Source: an uncultured delta proteobacterium (GTDB lineage: Bacteria > Desulfobacterota > Binatia > Binatales > Binataceae). Taken from it: a DNA stretch of 64,000 bases. The stretch is taken from positions 1,664,001-1,728,000 of the forward strand of contig CAWJET010000001.1 in assembly GCA_963842085.1 (NCBI GenBank), written 5' to 3'. A program made the translations under genes and the position numbers. How positions within the stretch are numbered: the first letter of the stretch is position 1; every line of letters starts with the position of its first letter. Positions 12,858 through 22,254 of the stretch are shown piece after piece. The notes beneath the pieces are model-generated. The model was not told the origin of the DNA and made no database searches. It saw nothing but the letters and a program-made list of their open reading frames with translations.

Positions 12858-13565
12858 ATGAGCGATCAAAATGTAAATTTTGAAGCGGCGTGGGCGGTCA
12901 GCCAGGCGCCTGCCACCGGGCGGCGCGCCCAGGCGCATCGATTAGCCAACGCGATGCGGCGCGTGATCGACCATTTGGTGCAGGTCGCCGCGCCTGAAGA
13001 AGACTTGTCGGCGGCCGCCGACGCGCTGGAGCGCTACGCCAGGCGCTTGTCGAAGTATCCTGTTTCGCGCAGCTACGAGGGGTTTGCCGAGAGCGCCAAC
13101 GCCGGCGATCCGCACGCGTTTTTCGATCACAGCCCGCTGATCGGAATCGCAAATCCGCTCGCGCCGCCGATTCGACTGGCCGTGCTCGGCGACAAGGTCG
13201 AGGGGCGCGGAACGTTCGGCGTCGCGTATGAAGGACCGCCGGGTCATGTGCACGGCGGATTTCTCGCGGCGGCGTTCGACGAGGTGCTGGGGATGGCGCA
13301 GTCGCTGACCGGCAATCCCGGCATGACGGGGACGCTCACGATTCGCTACCGGCGGCCGACGCCGCTGCTGACCGAGCTGGTCTTCGAGGCGCGTGTAGAT
13401 CGCGTCGACGGACGGAAGATCTTCACGCACGGGACTTTGTCGGCGAACGGCGTGCTGACCGCGGAAGCCGAGGGATTGTTCATCGCAGTCGGTCAGGAGC
13501 GCTTCGCCGCGATGGCCGCGATGGTGTCGGAGAAATCCGCAGAGAAGAGATCGCACAAGAAGTAA
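12858..13565 (+). CDS. PaaI-family thioesterase
   Basis: YEGPPGHVHGGFLAAAFDEVLG hot-dog fold motif. Confidence 0.9.
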   Translation: MSDQNVNFEAAWAVSQAPATGRRAQAHRLANAMRRVIDHLVQVAAPEEDLSAAADALERYARRLSKYPVSRSYEGFAESANAGDPHAFFDHSPLIGIANPLAPPIRLAVLGDKVEGRGTFGVAYEGPPGHVHGGFLAAAFDEVLGMAQSLTGNPGMTGTLTIRYRRPTPLLTELVFEARVDRVDGRKIFTHGTLSANGVLTAEAEGLFIAVGQERFAAMAAMVSEKSAEKRSHKK

Positions 13566-13580
13566 GCTTGCTTTCCACAA

Positions 13581-13617
13581 ACCTAACGCCTTACCCCTTC
13601 CCGCAGTGGGAAGGGGG
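13581..13617. repeat. REP-like palindrome, family B
   Basis: ACCTAACGCCTTA-CCCCTTCCC-GCAGT-GGGAAGGGG between convergent genes. Confidence 0.65.
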
Positions 13618-13632
13618 ACCAATCGCATCGAG

Positions 13633-15270
13633 TTAGTCGGGGCGGACCAGGCCCGACAGGCCGGCGAACAGTAGTGGCGTGATTGTCCATCCGGCGAGGA
13701 TGTGCACCCACAGGTAGCATCGCAGCAGGCGGCTTGGGACCGAGCTTGGATCGCGCATCTCGCCGCTGCGCGTCGTTCTGCCCGCCACTCGATGGCGCGG
13801 ATTGGGGCGCCAGTATTTGTCCTGGTGCAACTCCACCACCGGCAGGAAGTTTTCCAGCGAGTAAACCAGCGGATTGAAGACCGGATAGTGCGGCGGTGCT
13901 TCTCCACTGGCGACGAACTCGCGGTAGGCGGGTTCCTCGGTGGGGGTGATGATGCGCATCCGATAACCCCATCCGAAGAGAATCGTGCCGAGACCGACGA
14001 AGCCCGCAATCCACCAGAGCGCTCGCAGCGGCTGGTAGCCGAAGCCGATCGTGTATTGCAGCATCAGGCTCCACGCGCGCTGCGGGAGGCTCTCATGGCC
14101 GAAGCGGCGCTGCGCGATTTCCTTGGCGATGCGCACGCGGGTCGCGCCGTCGTCGCGTCCCATCTCGTTCAAGGCCTTTGCCAATTGGCGAAACGGCTGC
14201 GGATGGTATTCCGGCGGCTGCAACGCGAGCCATCGCAGGCGCGACGGGCCGTCGCTGGGACCGCCGGCGATGTCGCCGTAGACGAAGCCGTTGATGACGA
14301 GGTTGCCGGGGGCAGGCCAGCTCGCCTCGTCGTCCCAGATTGCGCCGGCGTGCGCGTCCTCGAGGTCGAGCACGGTCTTCGCCGTATGCTTTATGTCGAC
14401 CCAGTAGAAGGTGCCGTCGATGGTCGCGCGCTCGGCGTCGAATTCGCCATCGCCCCTGAACTCCGCGCCGTGGAAGCTGAGATCGTGCGCGATCTTCGCC
14501 AGCCGCGCGTACACGATGCTGTCGGTCGTGAAACCGTCATGAAACAGCACGTCGCCGGCGACGTTCGCCTCGACCAGGTTGACCGCGTCCTCGTCCGCGT
14601 TGAGGATTCGCGCGCCGGTCAAGTCGAGAGTTCCGTCGATTCGTGCGCGCATGAAACTCACAGGGCCGTAGTCGCCGTTCAGGAACGACGCGTCGCCGTG
14701 GATGTTCGCGAGGTTGCCAAACACCGGGCCGGTGCGAGAACGACGCACGGTTATCTCCTGCAAGTGGGCGGAGAGCAGGTTGATTCCGTCGGGGACGTAG
14801 CAACGGATCAGGGTCAGCGGCTTGCTGACGGTGGCGTAGGAGAGATCCAGGCTTCCGGCGATGCGCGCGCCGGCCAGCGCGACCCCGCTCGGATCGATGA
14901 ATTGGGACGGCCGCGGGTCGCTGACCAGCCATTCGACGAATTCCGCGCGCACGGTGCGCTCGGCGCCCCAATTCTCGCCCTGCGCGGTGTCGTTGGCGGC
15001 GTTGTCCGGGTCGTCGCTGGGGCCGAACCACGGCACTGCACGCAATGGCGCGGCGTGCAGGAGCTTTTGCTCAGCCGCGTTCAGCGAAACGCCGAACTTT
15101 TGCTGCGCCATCGCCTCGAGCGCGGCATCGGGAGTCGCAGAGGCGTTGAACGCCCCGGAATCAGGCTCGTTCGCTCGGGCCGCGAACGACGGCGATGCAG
15201 CGAAGGTCAGCGCAGCGATCGCGATCGCGGCGGCGACTTTTTTTCGCTCGATGAAAATTGCGGGGACCAA
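13633..15270 (-). CDS. Beta-helix repeat protein with C-terminal membrane segments ('membrane-associated oxidoreductase' type hypothetical)
   Basis: Repeats GARIAGSLDLS and RARIDGTLDLTGARI; QPFRQLAKAL; IGFGYQPLRA; YSLENFLPVV; C-terminal TM helix. Confidence 0.75.
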   Translation of the reverse strand: MVPAIFIERKKVAAAIAIAALTFAASPSFAARANEPDSGAFNASATPDAALEAMAQQKFGVSLNAAEQKLLHAAPLRAVPWFGPSDDPDNAANDTAQGENWGAERTVRAEFVEWLVSDPRPSQFIDPSGVALAGARIAGSLDLSYATVSKPLTLIRCYVPDGINLLSAHLQEITVRRSRTGPVFGNLANIHGDASFLNGDYGPVSFMRARIDGTLDLTGARILNADEDAVNLVEANVAGDVLFHDGFTTDSIVYARLAKIAHDLSFHGAEFRGDGEFDAERATIDGTFYWVDIKHTAKTVLDLEDAHAGAIWDDEASWPAPGNLVINGFVYGDIAGGPSDGPSRLRWLALQPPEYHPQPFRQLAKALNEMGRDDGATRVRIAKEIAQRRFGHESLPQRAWSLMLQYTIGFGYQPLRALWWIAGFVGLGTILFGWGYRMRIITPTEEPAYREFVASGEAPPHYPVFNPLVYSLENFLPVVELHQDKYWRPNPRHRVAGRTTRSGEMRDPSSVPSRLLRCYLWVHILAGWTITPLLFAGLSGLVRPD

Positions 15271-15278
15271 CGCCCGAG

Positions 15279-16430
15279 CTAGATCGATTCGGCCCAGCGG
15301 CGCTCGAGCGCGGTTTCCGGCCGGTCTGCGATATGTTGGTTGAGTGCGGCCCGTGCCTCGTCCGTGCGCCCGGCTCTGATCAGCGACACCAAATGAGACT
15401 CGGCAAATACGCCGCGCTGCTCGTCACTTCCGCCAACGCAGGGCACATCGGCCAGGATTGGCTGCAGGAGCGCGCTCGCGCGATCGTAGTCGCCGGCCGC
15501 GAACGCGGCGCACCCCCGCGCGAGCGGCACCCCGACGTCGTTCCATACATGCGCCAGACCGCCGGTTTGCTTTTCGGCGTGCCGCTCCATGCCGGCGAGT
15601 GCGCCGGCCGCCTGTTTGGTCTCGCCGGCGCGGGTCAGCGCGTACAAGTAGATGCAGTTCAGGAAAGGGAAAAGATGGTCGTGCGCGTTGGCGCGAATAT
15701 GCGGCGCGATCGCGCGCCATTCGGCGTCGACTTTTCCGCCGGCCAGCTCGAGATACCATAGCAACAATATGGAATCTGTGTGTTCAACTACAGCTTCGGG
15801 TGAGTATCCCCAAATATACTTTCTATATGCATTGCGGGCGTCGTCGAACCTCAGTTCGCTCAAATACAGAGTAGCCAGATGGAACCAATTGTGCGCGACT
15901 GTGTAATGGCTGAACTTATTCCATGACGGCGCGTATTGCTCCATCGCGACAATTCCCTCGTGGCTCACGTCGGGACTTGCCGCAGCCGCCTTGCGCATCA
16001 ATTCGAGTTGCCGGCCTGCGAGGCCAGTCTCGAAAAAGTGGAACTCGGCCAGCTTGGCGGCGACTATATCGCGCGGCCAGCGGTCGGCAATTTGTTCGTA
16101 GAGAGCGAGCGCACGTTCGAAATCGCCGGCGCATCCGGCCTTCACCGCGTTGATGAATACCTGCTCGCGCTCGCTCAGATCGCCGAGCCGAGTCTCCGCG
16201 CGAGCGAGATAGGGCGCCGCCTGTTTGGCGCCTGCCGTAGTCTGGGAATAGAGAAAGGTCGACGCGCAGCACGCCTGAAGCACCGCACAGTCCGGATATG
16301 CGTCGACGGCGGCCTGCACCGCGGCAGTATCAGTGCCCAGCGCGAGCAGTTCGTGCGCGTAATGGTCGATCGCGTGGATGGCGCCTTCGGATTCGGTGCA
16401 GACTGCGAGACCCCGGCTGTCGAATCTCAT
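15279..16430 (-). CDS. TTC38-like tetratricopeptide repeat protein with apparent internal in-frame deletion
   Basis: LSEREQ, WPRD, HNWFHLA, GGSDEQR motifs of the TTC38 family; central WAxHxxAH segment absent. Confidence 0.75.
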   Translation of the reverse strand: MRFDSRGLAVCTESEGAIHAIDHYAHELLALGTDTAAVQAAVDAYPDCAVLQACCASTFLYSQTTAGAKQAAPYLARAETRLGDLSEREQVFINAVKAGCAGDFERALALYEQIADRWPRDIVAAKLAEFHFFETGLAGRQLELMRKAAAASPDVSHEGIVAMEQYAPSWNKFSHYTVAHNWFHLATLYLSELRFDDARNAYRKYIWGYSPEAVVEHTDSILLLWYLELAGGKVDAEWRAIAPHIRANAHDHLFPFLNCIYLYALTRAGETKQAAGALAGMERHAEKQTGGLAHVWNDVGVPLARGCAAFAAGDYDRASALLQPILADVPCVGGSDEQRGVFAESHLVSLIRAGRTDEARAALNQHIADRPETALERRWAESI

Positions 16431-16583
16431 CGGGACACTCCCGGATGACCGTGCCATGCCAATTCGCGGAGTGTCAATCGCGCCGACGCGATGCATTGCG
16501 GATTTGCTTCGATCCCGGCGACGATGCTTAGAGTTTTCTGTCACACCCGACGTTGCGGCGCTCAATTCGCAGAGGAGTGATAA

Positions 16584-17027
16584 GTGGAAACTGCACAGGA
16601 GGAGAGATTGGCCGCGCTGCTGGCCGAGGTCCAGGTCGCAATTCTCGTAACGCAGGGCGAGCAGTGGCCGACGGCGACGATGCAGGCGTTCGCCGAGACG
16701 CCGGAGTTCGATCTGTTGTTCATCATGAACGATGCATCGGAGAAGTTTCAGAACCTGCGCAAGTATCCGTACGTCACGGTCTACCTGGACGCGCGCGAAA
16801 AGGGCAAAGTCGAGACGTTCGAGATCTCGCGCGTGCTGATCCAAGGCGTCGCCAGCGAAATCGAGCGCGACGGCGCCGAATGGGAACCGATGAAGGAAAT
16901 ATTCCTGAAGAAGAGCCCCTTCGAAGCGCCCTTCTTCAAGTACCCGACGCTGCGCATGATGCGCGTGCGGCCCAAGCGGTTGTCATACGCAGGCGCCGAC
17001 CGCGTCGCGTTCAAGGCGGAGTTCTGA
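16584..17027 (+). CDS. Pyridoxamine 5'-phosphate oxidase-like FMN-binding protein
   Basis: SEKFQNLRKYPYVTVYLD split-barrel motif. Confidence 0.8.
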   Translation: METAQEERLAALLAEVQVAILVTQGEQWPTATMQAFAETPEFDLLFIMNDASEKFQNLRKYPYVTVYLDAREKGKVETFEISRVLIQGVASEIERDGAEWEPMKEIFLKKSPFEAPFFKYPTLRMMRVRPKRLSYAGADRVAFKAEF

Positions 17028-17083
17028 GAATTGCGGGCGCATATCGCGTGCTGTAAGAAGAGAGCTGCGCCAAGGATTTCCGG

Positions 17084-17974
17084 GTGACGACGCTCGCCGA
17101 CAAAGTCGCACCATACGCCGCCGCATTCCGGCGCGACGGCTTCGTCATGGTGCCCGATTTGCTCGACGCGGACGAACTCGAACGCTACGGCCGCGCAGTC
17201 GATGAAGCAGTGGCGCGGCGCAAGCGCTTCGACAATCGCAAGCTCGGCGAAAAGACGCCCTACGAACAGTCATTCATCCAATGCATCAATCTGTGGGAAG
17301 ACACGCCGGCGGTTCGGCCGCTCACGTTTCATCCGACGGTGTGCGAGACGGCGTCGCGCTTGCTCGGCGTCGAGAAGCTCCGGCTGTGGCATGACCAGGC
17401 GCTGTACAAGGAAGCAGGCGGGCGGCTGACCGACCCGCATCAGGATCAACCGTACTGGCCTATGGTGGAGAGCGACACGATCACGGCGTGGATTCCGTTC
17501 GACGGCTCGTCGCACGCGACCGGGTGCATGGGCTATGTGCCGGGCTCGCATGCGGTGGGGCTGCGGGTGTTCGTGAACATCTTCAAGCCCGAGGACGCGC
17601 TCGAAATTCTGAAGATGCCGGAGATCAAAGACACTCCGCCGGTTTGGGTCGAGGTGCCGCGCGGCGGAGTCGCGTTCCATCACGGATTGACGGTGCACAT
17701 GGCGAAACCGAACCTCGGGTCGCGGACGCGGCGCGTGCACACGATGATTTTTTTCCGCGACGGATCGACGCGCAAGAATAATTTTCCGCACGACTCGGTC
17801 GAGCGCTACCACATCAAGATCGGTGATCCGATCGACAGCCCCGTGACACCGATCGCATGGCCGCGAGCAGCGGGCGACCTGCCGGAGCCGCCGGACGCGC
17901 CGATCTCGGAGATCTTCGCGAAGGCCGTCGAGCTGGGCGCATTTCCGGACAAGGCCAATCGCGCCGATCGTTAG
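17084..17974 (+). CDS. Phytanoyl-CoA dioxygenase (PhyH) family Fe/2OG enzyme
   Basis: FRRDGF, PHQDQPYW, GCMGYVPGSH, FHHGLTVH...N...RR. Confidence 0.92.
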   Translation: MTTLADKVAPYAAAFRRDGFVMVPDLLDADELERYGRAVDEAVARRKRFDNRKLGEKTPYEQSFIQCINLWEDTPAVRPLTFHPTVCETASRLLGVEKLRLWHDQALYKEAGGRLTDPHQDQPYWPMVESDTITAWIPFDGSSHATGCMGYVPGSHAVGLRVFVNIFKPEDALEILKMPEIKDTPPVWVEVPRGGVAFHHGLTVHMAKPNLGSRTRRVHTMIFFRDGSTRKNNFPHDSVERYHIKIGDPIDSPVTPIAWPRAAGDLPEPPDAPISEIFAKAVELGAFPDKANRADR

Positions 17975-17982
17975 AACTTTTT

Positions 17983-18414
17983 CTACTTGCAGTTCACGCT
18001 CTTGACTACATTGCCGCCGCTGCCGAAGCGAAGGTTGTGATCGTAAACAACGTCGCATCGCGTGACGCTCGCCGGCAATCGACGCGAGATCTGCGCCGTG
18101 GTGTTCGCATAGTTGCACTGTAGCCAGTAGCCGCGATCGCTTTTGGCTAATTGCCAGGTCTGGATGATGTTGTCGCCGATCGTCTTCTCATCGTCGGGCA
18201 CGAGCGACGCCTGCGCGGAGGGTGGACCATCGAAAATAGTGACGCCCGCGACTGCGGTCTGGTAGCCGGAGTAGGTGACAGCCCAGTCCGAAGCCGGCGC
18301 AGCCGCTTTCTGCTCGACTGTGAGCTCGGGAGGACAAGCCGACTCGGCGCGCGCGAGCTGCGGCGCCGCAATCGCGCACGCGAATGCAATCAGGCCAAGT
18401 GTGATTCGCTTCAT
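17983..18414 (-). CDS. Secreted STY0301-family protein
   Basis: Signal peptide; CP...IFDGPP..ASLVPD...WLQCNYANT...LP..VTRC pattern. Confidence 0.7.
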   Translation of the reverse strand: MKRITLGLIAFACAIAAPQLARAESACPPELTVEQKAAAPASDWAVTYSGYQTAVAGVTIFDGPPSAQASLVPDDEKTIGDNIIQTWQLAKSDRGYWLQCNYANTTAQISRRLPASVTRCDVVYDHNLRFGSGGNVVKSVNCK

Positions 18415-18561
18415 CTGGAACCTCCCCGGGCGAGGCGGAAGTCTAGAATGCGGCGCGAGGAAAAACGAGTGCGGGGCGGAGTCGCGATAATGATTCGCGC
18501 TTCCGCCCCGCAGATGGGGTTAGGCGTCCGCGGCTTGGGCGCTGCAGGCACGGGCGAGCGT

Positions 18562-18666
18562 TCAGCGCTCGGGCTTTGGTCTCTTGTAGAACGGCTTGGC
18601 CGGCCCGGCGATTATCACAATCGCAATAGCCAGTCCCGCCAACAACGATAATCCTTCCATCATCAT
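18562..18666 (-). CDS. Putative 34-aa single-pass membrane protein
   Basis: MMMEGLSLLAGLAIAIVIIAGPAKPFYKRPKPER*: hydrophobic helix followed by a basic tail. Confidence 0.35.
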   Translation of the reverse strand: MMMEGLSLLAGLAIAIVIIAGPAKPFYKRPKPER

Positions 18667-18890
18667 ACTAACTCACTTACGCGCGTGCGGACCTTGCGGC
18701 CGATTCCAGTAACGCGCTATTTCAGATCGATTGTCCTTTGGCTCGCCGCGCCGCACTTGCGAATCGCTTCGCGTTCGTGCCGCAACGCGTCGCATCTATC
18801 GGTGAAGTAACTTCAGAACGCCCCGGGAAGCCGATCGAAGTTGTTTCGCTCGACCGGGTTCTTCCCGTGCGTGATATGCGATGCGTCTTC

Positions 18891-19064
18891 TTACAGGCTC
18901 ACGAACGAGAGAACGATGTAAGCCAGGGTGAGGAATGCGAACGCGACACCGGGCAGTTCGCTCAGCAGACTGTTCTGCGCGATGCGATCCGCGGCCGCAG
19001 TCTCGGTCTGCTCCCGCACCTGCTGAAAGCCTGCGAGTCTCTGATTAATTGTGGTAGCAGCCAT
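18891..19064 (-). CDS. Small tail-anchored hypothetical protein (57 aa)
   Basis: GGGAGG RBS before ATG 19064; C-terminal TM helix VAFAFLTLAYIVLSFVSL. Confidence 0.55.
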   Translation of the reverse strand: MAATTINQRLAGFQQVREQTETAAADRIAQNSLLSELPGVAFAFLTLAYIVLSFVSL

Positions 19065-19307
19065 TTTCTTTGCCTCCCGTAAAAGTTCGTCGTCAGCAGA
19101 GGGTAGAGCAAGGCCGGTGCCAATGACCGAATCGTTTATTTCATTCAACTATTTTCGACAGATGCAGTCATTATTGTTTGCGATTCGCAAAACGTTGGCC
19201 TTTTCTCGCGAAAACTCCGCTCTTTGCACACAGTCCGTCGATAGCAGCCGCGCGACTGCATGCAGCGGATTCACGTCGTCGGGATTGCGCCCATTGTTAC
19301 GAAACCG

Positions 19308-20807
19308 TTACGGGCGAGGCGGTATCTCGATCGCTCCCACGGCATAAGCGACGGCGGCAGATGACGTAAGCAGGTCCGCGCGGCTCTGAACGATCGTGTA
19401 GCGCGCATTCGCAAGGTCGCGATCGGCAGTCAGCAACTCGACGATTGTGCTGAGCCCCTGCCGATACGTGTCGAGATTCGCGTCGTAGGACTCCTGCGAC
19501 GCCGCCAGCAGCGCCTTGGCATAGTCGTAGCGGCTGACCGCGGTCTGGAATTCGTAGTACGCGCGCCATACGGAACTGATCGCATCGACCTCGAGCGACT
19601 TGAGCTGCGCAGTGGCAGCGTCGCGATCGGCCTCGGCCTGACGCACGTCGTTGAGACGCCTGAAACCCGTGAAGAGGTCCCAGTTGATCGTCAACAGCGC
19701 GGTGTATTGCGGCTGGTTGGCGTCGACGTTCCGCGTGCCATCGTATTTGTAGTCCCAGTTCTGAGTACCGTAGCTGCCCATGAGTCCGACAGTTGGATAG
19801 AAGGCAGCCTTCTTTTGTTCGACGGCGGCGCGGCGCGCATCGAGGGTTGCGACCTGGGCCGCGAGATCGGGACGACTGCGCACGGCAGTTTCGATCAATT
19901 GATCCACTTCGCTGCCCAGTCCCGCTGGAATCGGCAGGCTGTCGAGACTCGGCACGTCGAGCGGAGTATTGGCTGCCACTCCCAGCGCCACGGCCATGCT
20001 GGCCTGCGCTTCGCGCACCAGCAGATGCGCGCTCGCCAGATCGTACTGCGATTGCGCGACGCGCTCGCGCGAGAGCAGCAGTTCGGGCTCGGTAGCCAGT
20101 CCGAGGTCGACGCGGCGGCTGACGGCCTCGTCGTCGGTCCTCGCGAGCGCGACGTTTTGTTCCGCGGCCTCCACGGCAGCCTTCGCTGCGCCGATTGCAT
20201 AGAACGAGCGCTGGGTTGCGAACACGACGTCCTGCAGCTTGCGGTTGAACGAGAAGTTGGCGGCGGCCAACTGATCACGCGCGGCGGCGGCTCCGGCGCT
20301 GCGGCGGCCGAAGTCGAGCAGCGTGTAGGTGAACTCGAGCATCGGGGTTATCTGCCACTGCCTGAGCACGGCATTTTGCCCGGGCAACTGAAATATCTCG
20401 CGTTCATATCCACCTGGGACCTGCGTGCTCACGACCGGATAGAACGGCGCGCGCGAGACGCCGTAAGCGGCGGCCGCGGCCCGAGCCTGGTCCCATGTCT
20501 GCCGGGTGTCAGGATTGTTGCTGAGTGCAATGTCGATGAGCGCGGGCAGGTCGTACTTGATGCCCGCATTCATGGCGCGCGGCTCGGGCAGGGTACTTGG
20601 CGGCCGCGCTTGCATCGGTATCACGTATTCGTTCGCCGTTCCGGACCTGGGTGTCCAGGCGCGATCGGATTCCGGGGGCGCGAATTTCTCGGGATACACT
20701 TCGGGCTGCTCGGCAAAATATGTGCATCCTCCCGCGCATACCACGAGACCGAGTGTGGCGAAGACTAACTTCCGCGTTACGCGACGCATTTCAAAATCAA
20801 ATTTCAT
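19308..20807 (-). CDS. TolC-family outer membrane efflux lipoprotein
   Basis: Lipobox AGGC, LSNNPD, YTLLDFGRR, SRPDL, YRQGLSTIVELL. Confidence 0.9.
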   Translation of the reverse strand: MKFDFEMRRVTRKLVFATLGLVVCAGGCTYFAEQPEVYPEKFAPPESDRAWTPRSGTANEYVIPMQARPPSTLPEPRAMNAGIKYDLPALIDIALSNNPDTRQTWDQARAAAAAYGVSRAPFYPVVSTQVPGGYEREIFQLPGQNAVLRQWQITPMLEFTYTLLDFGRRSAGAAAARDQLAAANFSFNRKLQDVVFATQRSFYAIGAAKAAVEAAEQNVALARTDDEAVSRRVDLGLATEPELLLSRERVAQSQYDLASAHLLVREAQASMAVALGVAANTPLDVPSLDSLPIPAGLGSEVDQLIETAVRSRPDLAAQVATLDARRAAVEQKKAAFYPTVGLMGSYGTQNWDYKYDGTRNVDANQPQYTALLTINWDLFTGFRRLNDVRQAEADRDAATAQLKSLEVDAISSVWRAYYEFQTAVSRYDYAKALLAASQESYDANLDTYRQGLSTIVELLTADRDLANARYTIVQSRADLLTSSAAVAYAVGAIEIPPRP

Positions 20808-20894
20808 AGATCGTCACCCACCATTGGCTACGCTTGCGGACATTGAATCCCGCAACGTGCGTTTGCACAATCCGGCGCGTACAATCTTCCCCGC

Positions 20895-21170
20895 ATGCGA
20901 TTCCCCCACGCGATCAGAGGCAGGTTCGCGCTGCCGCTCTGCGCGGCGTTGCTGCTGGCCGGATGCGATCCGGTCGTCAATATCGCGGGCGCGAATTTCC
21001 CAAGCTGGCTGTTTTGCGCAATCTGCGGCGCGATATTGACCGTCGCGATTCGGCCAATCTTCGTCCTGACGCGCGTCGAGTCCTACCTGTGGCCGCTGCC
21101 GATTGTGTATTCGAGCCTCACGATCCTGATGGGATGCATCGTGTGGCTCATCTTCTTCAATCGAATCTGA
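20895..21170 (+). CDS. YtcA-family lipoprotein
   Basis: LLAGCDPVVNIAGANFPSWLFC; typical position upstream of MdtN/MdtO. Confidence 0.85.
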   Translation: MRFPHAIRGRFALPLCAALLLAGCDPVVNIAGANFPSWLFCAICGAILTVAIRPIFVLTRVESYLWPLPIVYSSLTILMGCIVWLIFFNRI

Positions 21171-22252
21171 TGAACACCGCGACTACGATCGAAACCGAAT
21201 CATCGCTGACCTTGCGATTTGGCGGCCACGTTCTCAGCGCCGCGATTGTGGCCGCCACCGTCATCGTCGGGCTTTACGTCGCGCGCCTCTACTACATATA
21301 TCCGCGCACCGACGACGCCTACGTTCGCGCCAACTCGGTCGGAATCGCGCCGCACGTGAGCGGACCGATAACAGAACTGCCGATTGTCGATAATCAGTAC
21401 ATCAAGCAAGGCGACCTGCTATTCGTGGTCGATCCGCGCCCCTATCAAGCGGCGCTGGACGCCGCAGTCGCCAAGCTTCAATTGACGGAGCTGAATATCA
21501 AGGCGCTCGAAGATTCGATTCGGACGGCGCAATCCGATCAAATCCGGCTCGAAGCCGATGCCGCCTATGCCAAGCAGTATCTCGCTCGCATCGAGCCGCT
21601 GCTCGCGAAGCACTTCGTCACCGCCAACGACGTCTTCAACGCGCGCTCGCGTGTCAACGCCGCCGAGGCCGCGGTCGAGGCTGCGGGCTCCGACGTGCGC
21701 AAGGCGCAAAACCAGCTCGGCCAGTACGGCGACATCAACGCGCTGCGCAAAGCCGCCGAGGCCGCCGTTTACGACGCAAAGCTCAACGTCGGTTACTGCT
21801 ACATTCGCGCGCCGTACAACGGCTACGTCACCAACCTCAACATCGCGGTCGGCCAGTACGCCAACGAAGGCCGGCAGGTCGTCAGCCTGATCGACGATCG
21901 CAAGTGGTACGTGATCGCGAATTTCCGCGAGACGTTTCTCTCGCACATCAAGCCCGGCATGACCGCCGAGGTTTTCATCCTCGCCTATCCCAACAAGCGC
22001 TTTCGCGGGCGCGTGCAAGGCGTGGGATGGGCGCTGTATCAGCAGAACGGCGCAAGCATCGAGGGCCTGCCGCAGGTCGAGGCGACGCTCAACTGGGTGC
22101 GGCTGGCGCAGCGCTTCCCGGTGCGCATCGTGCTCGAGGACCGCGACCCGAAATTCCCGTTCAGGATGGGCAACACGGCAGTAGTGACGATCCAGGGCTA
22201 TCGCGATCAAGACGATCGCGATCAGAATTCCCGAGAACAGAGCAGCCACTGA
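21170..22252 (+). CDS. HlyD/MdtN-like membrane fusion protein
   Basis: PRTDDAYV, IRAPYNGYVTN, VIANFRET, NWVRLAQRFPVRI; TGATG overlap with ytcA. Confidence 0.93.
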   Translation: MNTATTIETESSLTLRFGGHVLSAAIVAATVIVGLYVARLYYIYPRTDDAYVRANSVGIAPHVSGPITELPIVDNQYIKQGDLLFVVDPRPYQAALDAAVAKLQLTELNIKALEDSIRTAQSDQIRLEADAAYAKQYLARIEPLLAKHFVTANDVFNARSRVNAAEAAVEAAGSDVRKAQNQLGQYGDINALRKAAEAAVYDAKLNVGYCYIRAPYNGYVTNLNIAVGQYANEGRQVVSLIDDRKWYVIANFRETFLSHIKPGMTAEVFILAYPNKRFRGRVQGVGWALYQQNGASIEGLPQVEATLNWVRLAQRFPVRIVLEDRDPKFPFRMGNTAVVTIQGYRDQDDRDQNSREQSSH

Positions 22253-22254
22253 TC

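Noticed and set aside
13702-15282. Long antisense or alternate-frame ORFs (also 37060-38502, 38441-40051, 52134-53558 and others)
   Set aside because: They are shadows of real genes caused by high-GC codon bias and have no recognisable motifs.
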